A stretch of 64,000 nucleotides of DNA, filler included, from Choristocarpus tenellus KU-1152 (lineage: Eukaryota; Protista; Phaeophyceae): the NCBI GenBank assembly GCA_964200185.2. It is 10 parts of 10 records of this genome, joined end to end, with 100 filler letters (N's around TTAATTAATTAA, not from the genome) between each part and the next. Parts side by side here need not be neighbours in the genome. Positions count along the whole stretch, not along the records: positions 1 to 7,728 come from CAXNAD020005675.1; positions 7,829 to 15,036 come from CAXNAD020006534.1; 8 more parts are not named here. The stretch is one strand, 5' to 3'. A program made the translations under genes and the position numbers. The notes beneath the pieces are model-generated. The model did no database searches, was not told the origin of the DNA, and saw only the letters and a list, made by a program, of their open reading frames with translations. Of this stretch, positions 1 through 13,098 are shown one piece after another. Each line of letters starts with the position of its first letter. The stretch's first letter is position 1.

Positions 1-322
1 GCCCAGATGGACACCATGGTGTAGTTCCCCCCCCCCCTCCCGATACTTCCAGTCTGGTGCTAAGCCAGAACTCACAGCCACACCAAGAGGTGGTCAACAG
101 TGTGTTGGCGGCCCTCGCACCAATGCTCCAACCTGTTTTGTCACAATAAATCCTGCCCACTGTCTGTGATGCCTTGGCAAGCCAACCTGCTTCTTTTACT
201 GGGAAACATGGGACTTCGTTTCTAAGGGCAATGCATCCACACCCGTTCAACCAGTAACACACACACACCCCAAGTCTGTGCCCTGATCCACATCTTCTTT
301 AGCCACAGTAGAGCGAGCGATA

Positions 323-1018
323 TGCTGAAACCTGAATCGAATGCATCTTACATGTAAGAAAAATATGTAGACTACGAGTGACGAGGAATTATGGTGTTGC
401 AAAGCACCGATGTATTTTTTCTGTTGCAACTGAAGTCATTGATCTTTCAGTCAAGAATGATGTGATGCGAATTCAGTGTTATTTCATGATATACTCTACG
501 AAATAAGTCCATGCGCTGTGGAGAGGCATGTTATCTTGACTGGCAAGGGTTTCCATAGATGGTTTTAACTCTGTATGTATTACATCCAAGTGTGTAACAG
601 GGGCGCTTATTGCAGAGTGAGCTTGATGCACTCAGAGGGGGCAATGACAACCAATGAAAAAATAATAACCAACAACTAACTTGCATCTGGGCCTTCTGGT
701 GATAAAAAGAACAACAGTGATGACAGACAAAAACAAAGAGAAAAAAACCCCGAGAAGGTAACAGTAGAATGCGCTTGAAACAAGATCCGAAGTACTTGGA
801 TGACGCTTGCTATGATGTTCCTGTGTGTGATGTGTATCAACTGAATATCAACTGATGCTATACTCATGTCTACTGTTATCGATGTGATGATGAGTTGGGA
901 TGCACAAAAAATAAATGGACAATAACAACCAGTGCAGTGCACCAATCAACAGTCAGTATAAGCTGGCAGTTTTGTATCATATCAAGAAGAATCAAATGAG
1001 TAAGCCTATGTTCTTACA
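323..1018 (+). mobile_element. Solo LTR, Copia-like family
   Basis: Starts TGCTGAAAC, ends TTCTTACA, exact 5-bp flanking duplication CGATA. Homologous to the copies at 1174, 1887 and 3576. Confidence 0.8.
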
Positions 1019-1173
1019 CGATACAGGTCGACATCATTCGGGTAAGAATTTACCTTCACCATCTGCTTCCCAACATGAGGTCGTCGCATTGCTAAAGGCA
1101 CATTGAGTTTGCTTCCACCATGCTTTCGGTCGCAACTGCTTCAAGTCTATCAGCCGCAGGTGCAGGTATATCC

Positions 1174-2806
1174 TGTTGAAATCTGAATCGAATTCATCGT
1201 AACATGTAAGCAAAATGCGTAAACTACGAGCGATGAGGAATCGTGGTGTTGCAAAGTACCAATGAGTGATATGAGTAGTCTGTGTTATGGATAGATGTGA
1301 TTGTGCTGCAAAGCACCGATATATTTTTTCTGTTGCAACTGAAGTCATTGATCTCTCAGTCAAGAATGATGTGATGCGAATTCAGTGTTATTTCTTGAGA
1401 TACTCAACGAAAGAAGTCCATGCTCTGTGGAGAGGCTTGTTACCTTGGCTGGGAAGGGCTTCCGCGGATGGTTTTAACTCTGATTATATTACATCCAGGT
1501 GTGCAGCTGGTACACTCATTGCAGAGTGAGCTTGGAGCAATGTGAGTGATCAATGGCAGTCATGAAACAAATAATAATCAACAATATACGTACAACTGTC
1601 ATCTTCTGCTGATAAGAAAAAGAAAGAGTGAAGAAAAACAAAGGGGAATAACACAACGAACTTGAATCAATGTGTGATGCAACTCAAGTAATATATACTA
1701 TTCTTGCGTGTGGAACGCAGAGCGACTGTTCTGTGCTACGGTGCTCTGATGGTAATTGATATGGTGATGACGAACATGTGAGGGTAACGTCCAGAGCGTA
1801 ACAGACCAATCAACAGTCAGTGTTGACTGGTGGAACCGTTTCCTATCAAGGAACAAACAGATGAGTAGCCCATCTATGTTTTAACATGGTGTTGCAAAGA
1901 ACCGATGAGTGATATGCCTAGTCTATGTTGTGAATAGATGTGATTGTGCTGCAAAGCACCAATGTATTTTTTCTGTTGTAACTGAGGTCATTGATCTCTT
2001 AGTCAAGAATGATGTGATGTGAATTAAGTGTTCTTTCAACAGATACTCAACGAAAGAAGTCCATGCTCTATGGAGAGGGTTGCTACCTACCTTGGCTGGC
2101 AAGGGTTTCTGTGGATAGCTTTAACTCTGATAATATTACATCCAGTTGTGCATGAGGTACACTTATTGAAGAGTGAGCTTGGTATTTTATGAGAGATCCA
2201 TGACAACCAAGAAAGAAATAAAGCTCAACACTTAACGTACAACTGTCATCTTCTACTGATAAGAAGAAGAACGAGAGAGAGAGAAAAAATGAGTAAAAGT
2301 ATCTTAGAGGGTACGAGTTTTTCCCTGTTTGTCCATTTGAGGCTTGGCTTCCCACGGATTTTTAATGACATTTTACTTGCTCCAAAACGTTTCGGAATAG
2401 GTAAAATGCATATGTTATGAAAAGGTGTGTCCGAAACAAGAATATCGACATCATCTCCAAACAAACACCATAGCCAAAATTACATCAAAATTGCAACATT
2501 GGATTTTGACCCCCAGATGGACGCGGCTATATCCTCCCAGACACTTCGACTCAAAAGAAGAACGAACAAGAGAACAAGAGAACAAACTTGGATCGATATG
2601 TAATGCAACTCAAGTTGCGCATACGACTCCTGTATGAAAAATGCAGAGCTACGGTTCTGTACGACGGTGTTCTGACGGTAATTAATGTGGTGATGAATTA
2701 GTGACAGTAACGACCAGTGCGTAACAGACCAATCAACAGTCGGTGTTGACTGGTGGAACTGTATCGTATCAAGGAACAAACATATGACTTAGCCTATGTT
2801 TTAACA
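1174..2806 (+). mobile_element. Two tandem LTR copies (1174-1886; 1887-2806, 5'-truncated and carrying a MITE)
   Basis: TGTTGAAATC start, TTTTAACA ends at 1886 and 2806, long near-identical blocks shared with 323-1018. Confidence 0.75.
2291..2552. mobile_element. MITE family A (Sola2-like), nested in an LTR
   Basis: GAGTAAAAGTATCTTAGAGGGTA ... CTTCGACTC; flanks AAAT/AAAA. Confidence 0.85.
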
Positions 2807-2944
2807 GAGTCTCAGGCTCCATGGAACTTAGCAGCCACTGTAGCCATAGGAAGCATGACCCACACACCCACCTCGACAGTATTCGCTTTGTCACCTGCCC
2901 AACGAACCAGTCAAGTATGGATATCTCCTCTGCTATGGCATCCT

Positions 2945-3200
2945 CGCAAAGTCCGCTCGAGAAAGCCTGTACAGATACTCCTTGATAGAGGTGCAGGAGG
3001 TGGGTACATTTCGTCTGCTTTTTGGCTCATCACTACTCTCTGGGAAGGTAGCAACGGCCTACCGCACTTTAACCAAGTAGATAAAGGTACGTTGCAAGCA
3101 GCAAATCCGAAGGGATGCAATATTTCACCAATGCAGGTATTGGGGTCCTGCATGCTTACATGTATGGAGTAAGGGAACAATCAATTAGTGGTCGAATTAT
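2945..3200 (+). pseudogene. Retropepsin (Gypsy-type aspartic protease) relic
   Basis: PVQILLDRGAGGGYISS ... LQAANP ... MQVLG resembles the LLDSGA / LxAANG / VLG retropepsin pattern. Confidence 0.55.
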
Positions 3201-3419
3201 CAGAACCTTTTACTAGTGACTAGTTTTATGATATTTTTTCTCATATGAAATGAAATATTTCTGATTTTATGGGGTGTTGCGTGCCCCACTTAACTGTAAT
3301 CAATCACTCTACAAACACCAAGCAATCTCGCTTGGTTTATCACCTTTATCCTCTTTGATGATTTAGGAGATACTTGAAAAGTAGTCAGCTGACTTTCTGC
3401 TCGGTAGACACAGGGGTTT

Positions 3420-4640
3420 ACTAATGTTCTAACATAGAGTAGTGGAAGGCCTACCTTTCGGGATGGTTTTAGGAGCAGCATTGTGTCGTCAGCATAAGAG
3501 CATACTGTCATTTAGAGAAGGGGAAGACTTTCGACCAGCTCCATACCCACCGTGGATACCTTTTCTTCGAGCTGTTGCTGAAATCTGATTTCGTGTAAGT
3601 TGTGTGTTGTTGTGATGTGCCTGGTTTGAAACGAAGGAGATCATAGCGCAACAAAGCACTGATGATTTTGTTCTGGTAGGTCTGATGACATGTTGTATTG
3701 AGTCTGACAGTGTTCGATGTGAACGTATGTTTGGTTGTGCTGTGGTTAGCACGTTTAGAAGCAAGTGTGTGTCAAAGTGCAACAAGACACCTGCGGGTTC
3801 GGTCTGGTGCGTCTGAAGGGTTGTCTTACTCAATCAGACTTTGGTTGGAGTGAAACGCGTGCTGGTATGTCGGTGGCACGTTTTACTCAGAGCAGACTAT
3901 GATTAGTACAAGCTGTGAGGTCATTCATTGAGGCGCTCAAATGAAGAAATTCATCCTCTATGAAGAGGGTTGTTACCTTGGCATAGAAGGGTTTCGAAGT
4001 GGTTCTAACTCTGTTTATATTGCATCCTGGCTTGTGTCTTATACGTGTTGCAGAGTGATGGGATGGCTTGAGGTAGGCAATGCCAGTCAACTACGAAATA
4101 AGAATCAACACATGCTATGCAACTGATAACTTGTGTGAAAAAGAAGAAGTAACATGAGGAAGAAAGAAGAAGAATAGCTTGAATCCATAACTAACGTAAC
4201 TACTGTCACACCTAGTTATGCCTGTATGAGTGATAGCTAGCGACTGTTCCTATACTTCTTATATACTGTGATCTTCTGAGTGACGTGGGATGATGACCTA
4301 AGGAGCTAGTGATGAAAATGGGAATAGCGACCATAATCAATGGACAAATCAACGTTCATTACGGGCTTATGATGCTGTATCGTATCATAGCAAATCGAAT
4401 GAGTAGCCTAGGTTTTAACACTGTGACACCCAGATCTTGTGATAACAGTGTACCCCTGTCAGCCCTAGGGGAGTGGTAAGCATCAATAACACCCACAACC
4501 CGACCATCCAAGTATAACAGAGTGCCTCTCAATCCCCTCAGACCAGCTAGATGTAGAAAACCCCTCCCTGACATAATTCCCAGATGCTCAAATTACCTTG
4601 GGAGGTAATGCTATTTCTCAGTAGTGAAGATAAGAGGGTG
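3420..4640 (-). pseudogene. LINE reverse-transcriptase relic split by the LTR at 3576-4420
   Basis: VCSYADDTMLLL on one side of the LTR; degenerate EHLGI...DGRV...RQG..LS on the other, in the expected order. Confidence 0.5.
3576..4420 (+). mobile_element. Diverged solo LTR of the same family, inserted in a LINE RT relic
   Basis: TGCTGAAATCTGA ... GTTTTAACA, flanked by CTGT on both sides. Confidence 0.7.
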
Positions 4641-4789
4641 TGAAGCCTCACACGACCCCTTTGCTGAACGTGAAAAAGAATGAATGGTTGAAATTAGAAA
4701 AGTGACCTTTGTGGGGTCTATCCTCATTGCTTGTTTTATTATTATTTATGCTTCCTACAGAAGTCAACAATTAAACTAGATTTTTCGAC

Positions 4790-4985
4790 AACCTGTGGCC
4801 CAGATCTTTAAGTACCTCAAATGAATGCGGAGCTGGGCCTCACTTTCAAGAAAGGAGCAGGACTAAGACTAATGGCCTATGCTGATGCAGACTTCGGCAA
4901 TGAAACGTTTCGCAGACGTTCTGTATCAGAGGGGGCAGTGATGTGTGTGGGGGCGAGCAGTAGCATGACTTTCTAAGACTTGGTT
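4790..4985 (+). pseudogene. Ty1/Copia RT-RNase H junction relic
   Basis: IFKYLK..LGLTFKKG..LMAYADADFGNETFRRRSVSEGAVM matches the Copia YxDAD...RRSxSG motif. Confidence 0.75.
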
Positions 4986-5591
4986 TTCACCACACAAACG
5001 TGACCTGGGCAAGGTTAACTATATATATGGGTTGGTCAATGTGGATCATGCAAACCCGATGTTTCTGGTGGGAAAATCTCACTACTGTGGCCGTGATTCA
5101 AAGGTCAGACTTCGTTTCATGAGAGGTGTTGGTTGGTCTTACCCAAACAGTAGGCCACAATATAATGTGCGTAGGAGGGAATTGTCATACAAGTCAATAA
5201 TTCCAAGTAATGCGTACTGTATGTTTACATGGCGATGATGTCTAGGCTAGGAGGGGGACAAAGGGCAACGTGCCTGTTTATTATCCCACTACAATTGAGT
5301 ATGAGATGGCTCAATTCTACATGCCCATCCAGGTGACAAGCATACGAAGTCAGCATAGCTATGGTAGGCTCGCTTCTAAGCATGAATGATTCAATCAAGC
5401 AGATAATGGAAAGCCATGATATTATTATAGACGACTGTATGTTGGACTTTCTCTGACCGAAGCTCAACTGACTGTGTTGGAGATACAGGGGTATCTCGAC
5501 ATCAATATTTCACAAAATGCAGTATCATTGGTACAATTCCAACCTTGGTAAATACCCTGAAAACTCCATGTTCAGCTACTTGGATCAATTG

Positions 5592-5768
5592 GGCTTAAAG
5601 TATCTCGGGGGGGGGGGGGTCTACACCAGGCTGTCCGTTTGGGTCAATATCAGGAAAAGTGCATTTACATTATCCATTCGATGTATCCAACCAAATCAGC
5701 CAAAAATCACGACATGAAAAAATTGACCCCAAGGGACAGCTGCCACCCCACCGCAGATACTTTGAGCC
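5592..5768. mobile_element. MITE family B (~175 bp; GGCTCAAAGTATCT-polyG termini)
   Basis: Inverted termini share AAAGTATCT with family A; distinct body (GGAAAAGTGCATTTACATTATCCA). Confidence 0.85.
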
Positions 5769-5769
5769 A

Positions 5770-6046
5770 GAGTGAAAGTATCTTAGAGGGTACGAATTTT
5801 GCCCTGTTTGTCCATTTGGGGTTTGGCTTCCCATGGGATTTTTTCTGACATTTTCCTACTCCAAAATGCTCAGAGTAGGTAAACTAAATACGTTATTTAA
5901 AGGGTGTCCAGAACAAAGATACTGACAAATCCTAACAAACACGATAGCCAAAATTACATCAAAATCACCAAAATTACATCAAAGTCGCCAAATTGAATTT
6001 TGGAACTCAATTGGACCCGGCTCTACCCTCTAAGATATTTTGGCTC
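5770..6046. mobile_element. MITE family A
   Basis: Full TIRs, internal ~20-bp duplication, abuts a family B copy. Confidence 0.85.
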
Positions 6047-6141
6047 TTTATTGGAACGATTGTGCCCATACTATTATTGGGAGGCGAAGGGAATGAGAGG
6101 ATTGGTCTATGCTACAATTTAGCGTTCTAACATATATGTGT

Positions 6142-6369
6142 GAGTGAACGTATCTCAAAGGATACGACGTTTGCCTTGTTTTTGTGTTTGGGGCTTGGCT
6201 TCCCACGTTTGTTTTTACAGTTTTCGAGCAGGTAAAATGTATACGTTATCCAGAACAAAGATATTGACACTTCCTAACAAACACGATAGCCACAATTACA
6301 CTAAAAACACAAACATTGGATTTTGGTCCCCAAACGGACAAGGCTATACCCTCTAAGAAACATGGACTC
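6142..6369. mobile_element. MITE family A, internally deleted
   Basis: Degenerate TIRs; flanks GTGT/ATGT. Confidence 0.8.
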
Positions 6370-6603
6370 ATGTGGTCTAATATCTCTGATCTACCTAGAA
6401 TGCCCACAGCAGAGTTCGCAATGCACTGACACAGGTGTAACTCTTTCAGGAGTCGGTGAGTGCAAAATGGTATTATATTTGATGATCATTCCTTAAGAGA
6501 ACAATGTATCAACCACAATAAGGTGCAATGCTCAGAAGAACAAATCCAATACAACATACTGTGACTACCTAGGTGTAATTCCTGCTTATGAGATACACAT
6601 ACA

Positions 6604-6636
6604 TAGGGTTAGGGTTAGGGTTAGGGTTAGGGTTAG
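6604..6636 (+). repeat. Interstitial telomeric repeat (TTAGGG)~5
   Basis: Perfect hexamer run. Shorter runs at 16742-16760 and ~59168-59179; degenerate run at 55136-55176. Confidence 0.9.
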
Positions 6637-6647
6637 TACGTTAGGTT

Positions 6648-6830
6648 ATGTACGATGCATTCGATCAGGTTTCAACACCCCCTCCCCTCATCATATGCCC
6701 CAACCTCCAACGCTCTTCCTAAGAAACGAAAGAGAACCCCAATCCTACCCTAGTCAAATTTACCCTCCCTTCCTGACGTTTTTGTACAGTGTAATATTTC
6801 TACACTCATTCTCCATGTCAAGGTTTTCCT
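6648..6830 (-). mobile_element. 3' end of a Copia-like element: degenerate RNase H tail, polypurine tract (6678-6690) and first 30 bp of the 3' LTR
   Basis: Minus strand GAGGGGAGGGGG-TGTTGAAACCTGATCGAATGCATCGTACAT matches the LTR start at 323 and 1174. Confidence 0.65.
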
Positions 6831-7728
6831 TCTTTTAGGCTGACTGCTTGTTTTGTGTGACTTCTCCCCATACCTTTGGCCCTGTGGAAATCGTGGTGTG
6901 TTGTGGGAAATTTGATGTTAGGAAATTGTTGGCGGAAGTAGTGGATTGCTGAAATCTTAGTCTTTGATTGTACCTACTCTGCAAACCAATGCAGACTTGG
7001 TGTCTCATCTTCATGGTACTTGATCCTGACTCCTTTACCTTTTCCCTATCTTTGGTACCCCTACCCCTGCATTCCCTACCTTTCCCAACCATTCTCGCAC
7101 GATGATTGGTATACTCTCCCCCTCTCTTTTCTTCCTCCTTCCATTGATATCCTTCTAGACACACTCTGTACTCTCTGACCACCCTCATGGGCTGTCATAC
7201 TTGGCACCACTATCCTTCACCTGAGAATCTAATTCCTGGTCTATGTCTATCTCCTCTGACCCCCCCCCCCTTCCCACTAGTCTACCCAAGAAGCCCCCCT
7301 CTTGGCGTACTCCCAACGGGTAGGCCAGCCGCCAAAATAAAACCCCAGGGCAAACTCGCGGGACCTATAACCCACCTTAATCTCCTATATAAATTTATGG
7401 TAATAATCCATGCGCCCAAGCCACCTAGTTTCTAGTGAACTATCCTTGGGGTATGGTATATTACGCCTGTATAAAGTCCATTAATGTTGTTTTTGGGTTC
7501 TATCACTTACGGCTATGCCTCCTCGCACTTGGTGCCCCCACTCTTGGCTACCCACACATTCCTTGTATTTCTGACACTGAACTCTTGGTTTGGGATGGGA
7601 TCTGTAACACTGGATGCTTTAAAGGGCTTCAGCCGGTTTTCGATTAGAAGTTTTTATAGTCTATCCGCCTCCCTCTCTCCCCCCCCCCTTCTTCACTGTC
7701 TTTGCCTTCTCAATCGGACGACGCCACG

Positions 7729-7828
7729 NNNNNNNNNNNNNNNNNNNNNNNNNNNNNNNNNNNNNNNNNNNNTTAATTAATTAANNNNNNNNNNNNNNNN
7801 NNNNNNNNNNNNNNNNNNNNNNNNNNNN
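7729..7828. other. Artificial contig linker (also 15037-15136, 19902-20001, 26285-26384, 33225-33324, 42377-42476, 48231-48330, 51510-51609, 61379-61478)
   Basis: Identical N44-TTAATTAATTAA-N44 with stops in all six frames. Confidence 0.97.
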
Positions 7829-8619
7829 GCGGTTTCATAAACACCATTATGACATTGAAGTTCTAGATTTGATATTTTTGTACTTGTTGATTATTTATTT
7901 ATTATTTGGTCATTATGGTCCCCGATCGTGATAAGACATCGTTAATCAGTTCCCTTTTATACCATGATTTTTACGATAATATATGTGAGAAATGCAGCAT
8001 ACTTGACGACTTGTACATCAGGAGTCCTATACGTGCATCAGTATCATCTATAGGCCAGTAGATTGGAGCTATACATCCTGTGGAGGTAAGCTTTGGGGGG
8101 TGCTTGTAATACCTTTGGTGGATGTTTGAAGATGGGGAAATGAGGAGGTGTGAAATGAAGGACAACTAGGTGTACCCTTACATTCTAATGCATTTTTCTT
8201 GTCTTGTAGTGAGCATATTGGACCTCGACTGCAAAGGTATCTCGACAAATGTGGACATATTCTGCAGGTTGGGACATGAGCTGCAAAAAGCAGAAAGAGG
8301 CACACACAAAAATGCGAGCATGATCATGTTTTTGTTCATTTGAATCTGCTTTGTGTGGTAGTAACAGTGCCAAATGGGGTCAAGACCATCATAACATTGC
8401 CATCTCACACACTATCATTGCCAGCAATAAATCGCTAGGAAGTAAAAGTTTGTCAGCACATTCTGTTTGGGAGTCCATTGTTTCACCAAAGGAGTTTGCA
8501 CACAACACTTTTTAGATAATCCTTGGAGGAAATATATAGGCAAATGGTGTCACTGTTTCACTCGACTAATGATGAAAAATTTCTAGTATGTATGCTTTGG
8601 CGGTTGAAGGTATATCGAT

Positions 8620-9790
8620 ACTTGGGGTGGCAAGAATTGAAGACATGGCCGCTACAGGACAAAACAAGGTAGTCCCTCCCTGCGGGTAGCAAGGAAGTTT
8701 TGGCGTGGGACTGATTACAACTACGCCAGAGTACCTCTTTTCTATACCTCACTGATTGTTACATGTGCTCTGGAGAACATAATACTTTGGATCTATCATT
8801 GTACCTTGGTTTGGTGGTCACCTTCACAGCACATTCAATGACCGTGTAGATCAATACGCATCAGATCATTGTGAGTGATGCAAATGGAATCGCACCAGTC
8901 AGTTTAGTCCAGAGCAACTTCCATATCCCTTGCAGTGCGAATGTTCAGTTCTGAGCCAAAGCATTTAGGAGGGTAGGACTGTGTCTGTTGGTCGGGATAT
9001 GGGCCCGTGGTGGTGGGAAATCTTGTCTTGGCACTTATACCAGGCAATGATGATGTGTTAATTGTGGGCAGCAAGACATTGTGGGACGTGTTAGGCTCTG
9101 ACATGAAGCAATACCTCAAAGAGGCAGCCCGAAGAAAGACAGAACTGTACATTGCAGATCTGGAACAAGATATTAGTTCTATGCACCGTATGAGTGTTAA
9201 CGCGGAGGTGATGCAAAAGAGCATGGGAACTGCTCATCTGGACAGAGGTGATGATTCCGTCTCTACACTGCTGGAGCACGGCCCTGAGCTCATGATGAAC
9301 CCTGCAGAGGAGAGAAAAAAACGAGACTTGGCCTTAGAAACCTCTTTACAAGAGGCACAACGGGCCAGGATGCCTGGCGCCTACAACAAGTGATAGCAAC
9401 CCGGACCAATGTGTTCCGGGTATTCTTGGGATGTGAACCACCTGCCAATGTGGAGTCCATACAGGTGGTGCTAAAGGAAGGAGCGACTCCTGTGAAGGTC
9501 AGACCAAGGGCGTCCTATCCAGAGCGACACAGCTGGATGGCAGGATTTGTGGGCCTCCTGGTTGTACTGAAGATGCTGAGGAGGACCCCACAGGGTGTAT
9601 GGAGCAACCTATCATTGCCTTTACGCAAGACTAAGGGGCGGGGCTATTGGCTTGTGACGGATTACAGCGCAGTGAACATTGTCTCACAGGAGATGGAGCT
9701 CTCAAACCCCAGAGAGGAGAGTGAACTGTCTATAGACCGTGGACTGGCCTGGATATGCTCAACAAGGTCAGCCAAAAACTTTCAGTGATT
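8620..9790 (+). pseudogene. Ty3/Gypsy protease-RT relic
   Basis: LIPGNDDVLIVGSKTL, then NVFRVFLGCEPPANVESIQVVLKEGATPVKVRPR...WSN...RKTKGRGYWLVTDYSAVN (RT N-terminus). Frameshifted. Confidence 0.8.
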
Positions 9791-11299
9791 TTACTAAGTG
9801 GGTCATGGTCTGGTACCGATAAGGCATGTCTTGCTGAGGCCAAGCCAGGCCTCAGCTTGCTCAGACTGGGCTGGGTTGGTGCTCAAGCATTTAAGATAGG
9901 GTAAGGGTTTAGTGCGAGCCCGGTATGATCATAAAAGAAAGTGTGGAAGTAAATTTCAATTTCCATGTGCCTCTAACACTAAATATCATATCATTATACC
10001 GTTTAACCCACTGACGATTTTCTCACTTATGGAACTCTCGAAATTTACCTGATCGATGCAAAGCCTACTCAAAAAACAACCTGAAGATATATTTTAAAAA
10101 CCCTGGTTCACGATTGAATTGTGAACTGCAACACGTTCATTTCAACCTTGAAGCAGATGTGTTTAACCTTGCCGGTTCAGTGCAAAGCAGTGGATATTGG
10201 TTACAAGGGACTACTTCGTATTTACTATGTGCATCTATGTTATCCTTCAAATTATGGTATATTATATTACCATCATTTTCCGTTTTGTTTCTTTGGTTTA
10301 CAGATGTTGGAATACATCTGAGAACCGTTGCTACCTTCCCAAGTTACAGATATTATACTGCAACTTTAGCCAATCGGAGTTTCCCCTTTTGGTGCTCCAC
10401 ACGCGCGTACAGTGCTCGCGCCGGTTAAAGCACGGGAAGAAATACTCGCACTATTCCCCAGTAACAGTACAACTTGGAGGACATAAAGGACTAGGAACTG
10501 GTCCTGTGTTACAAATATTTCTGATAGGACTGAAACAGGGCTCAACAGGGTCGGCGATGGGCCGGTCTGGTGGAGTCTGTATTAATGGGGCTGGGTAAAG
10601 TCTTCAGGGGTGTAACGGTAACCTAGTTATCTGCCAGTCCACTCTAAGACCCTGCTCGAAATATACCAAGGATTCGATAGAGGCGCACCTCTGAGTCTAG
10701 GTAGCTTCATAGGGAAGTAGGGCAAGTACGTACAAGACACTCAAGTATACCTTTAGTTGTCTCATGGAGCCGTTAATGTAGATTGTTTTAAGGTGGTTAG
10801 AGCCCTACAGTACAGGTAGACACAAACACATAGCGGCAGGAACTTCAACTTAATTATACTGATCTCAACCTACCTATTCCCTGATCTCAATCCCCTGTTT
10901 TGTGTGTGTCCACCCCGCTGTGCTGTGTTGAACAACCCCACTCACATACCACCTTCCATAATCTCCGTCTGTTCCTCCTCAGTGTGGGGTGAGTGTACCA
11001 GTGATGTACAGTGATGTGGTCGTGTATCCCTACTAGATCTATTGAGATAGACTGGCAGGAGCAGACACGATCAACCCAATTGCCCTGCACTCCCCCAGAA
11101 AGTGCCTTGGCTGTCAGTAGATGTGTCATTCCATAAAGTTTATCTACTGCAGAAAGTGCTCTGAAGTCTTAACTACCCTCAAGTATTTGATGTTCACCAG
11201 TACTGAGTTAAGTTAACGAGAGGTACACAGTTTTTGGTCGTTTTGTATTAGAGGCCATATTTTGTTTATCTGTTCAAATTCATCTACATTTCTCAGGAC

Positions 11300-11510
11300 G
11301 AAGGTTGACTTCCCACTGGGTTTTATGACGTTTTCCTTCTCCGAAATGTTTCGGAGTAGGTAAAATGTATGATGTGTTATGAAAAGGTGTTTTGGAACAA
11401 GGATATTGGTGCTTCCTAACAAACATCTTAACCAAAATTACATTAAAATCGCAACATTGGATTTGGAGTACAAAACGGACACGGCTCTATTCTCTAAGAT
11501 CCTTTGACAC
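11300..11510. mobile_element. MITE family A, truncated
   Basis: Body and one TIR recognisable. Confidence 0.75.
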
Positions 11511-12839
11511 TGAAGCTTTTCGAGACAACTCTAGGAAAAATATCCTACACGCCGAATTTTGGACATAGCTGTTTCCATCCTTAAAATGCAACTCTCGTTC
11601 ACTTTGACTCACTTCAGGAACTGAACACCCCTGTCGTGAATATCTTTAGAATGTAATTCGGCCCATTAACCAACAAGGATACTTTGAAGCAATAACAGAA
11701 CGCTGGGACCTTGTCTTCTTCGTAGGAGGTCGTTAATAAAGTATCACCACTATGTACTTCATTTTGATTTTCATCCGTCCCCCCACACATACTGGACTTA
11801 GCTCTTTGAATATGTATGATTTTGTCGTAAATCTGTGTTGGGGATATGTATTCTCTGTTCGACAAGCAAGAAAGACCGTTACCACGTTGAAGCAGGCTTA
11901 CACGATTAACGTATCAATACATGCTCAAACAATATGATTGTGCCAGTGATTGCGAGCCATTGGGATAACACAATTCACAACTATCGTGATGCAAATGCCG
12001 ATCCCTGGAAATGAGAATACAGCAGTGATTGATACAAATACTCCAAGTGAACTGTATAAAGGTTTTCTTGGTATCAATAGGCTTCAGCATTGAGGTGTTT
12101 ATTTGTTGTCAGAGTATAGTGTGTGAGCTATGGTCGACAAAATTTCCCTCCAAATAGCGTGGTTGGTCATTCTTGCCAAATGTAAATACTTCATACAATA
12201 ATTGTCAATGTCCTTTTACCATTGCACATTACTTGTAAAAAGAATAAACAAAAGAGTGACGAACTACTGTCAGAGTGGTTACTCTTAAATCAATCAAAAA
12301 TTAAGTAGGTTAGAAGTGCTCTATAAACACCTTTCCCTTTGAGGGTATTCTCGAAAGCAAGCACAGAGAAACGATTGCTTGTCTGTGTATTAGATTGTTT
12401 ATAGTAGATGGCAATAACCAGGAAGTACTGGCGTTTCCTGTGAATCGGACTATTTGTCAAAACTATTTTCTCAACGTATATTCTGCGGGCGGTTAAGACC
12501 AACTACAGTAAAACATTGCCAAAAGATGCAGTAGTACCATTGAGTTGAAAAATATTTGTCAATAATCGTAGGATTGTTTGTGGAATAGGACATTTTTTAG
12601 CGAACAACAACAATTAGCTCTGCGTCACTGTTTCTGGAAGTGTAATTTGAAAGTACAAGGCATACGGTTTGCAAGCATTCTCAGTGAAGCACTTGCAAGA
12701 AACAGAAAAAAATAAATATACACAAACATTCGCACAATTGCACTTGTCCGGAGTCTAGCCTGTGTGCATTCAAGGCTGTCCTTACTCGGGAAATCGAATA
12801 GATGCTAGTTTTATCATACACTAGTTCAAGCTCTCTTTT

Positions 12840-13098
12840 GAGTCAAAGTACCTGAGAGGGTAGAGCCACGTCTATTTGGGGGACAAAATCCAATGTTGCG
12901 ATTTTAATGTAATTTTGGCTATCATGTTTGTTAGGAGAGGTCAATATCCTTGTTCCGGATACACGTTCTCATAGCATATACATTTTACCTACTCCGAAAC
13001 ATTTTAGAGTAGAAAAATGTCATAAAAAACCCCGTGGGAAGCCAAGCCCCAAATGGACAAACAGGGAAAAACTCGTACCCTCTAAGATACTTTCGCTC
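12840..13098. mobile_element. MITE family A
   Basis: 259 bp, both TIRs, flanks TTTT/TTTT. Confidence 0.9.

Noticed and set aside
7773-7784. Palindromic TTAATTAATTAA recurring nine times
   Set aside because: Always centred in exactly 88 Ns, so it is an artificial linker. Adjacency across linkers has no biological meaning.
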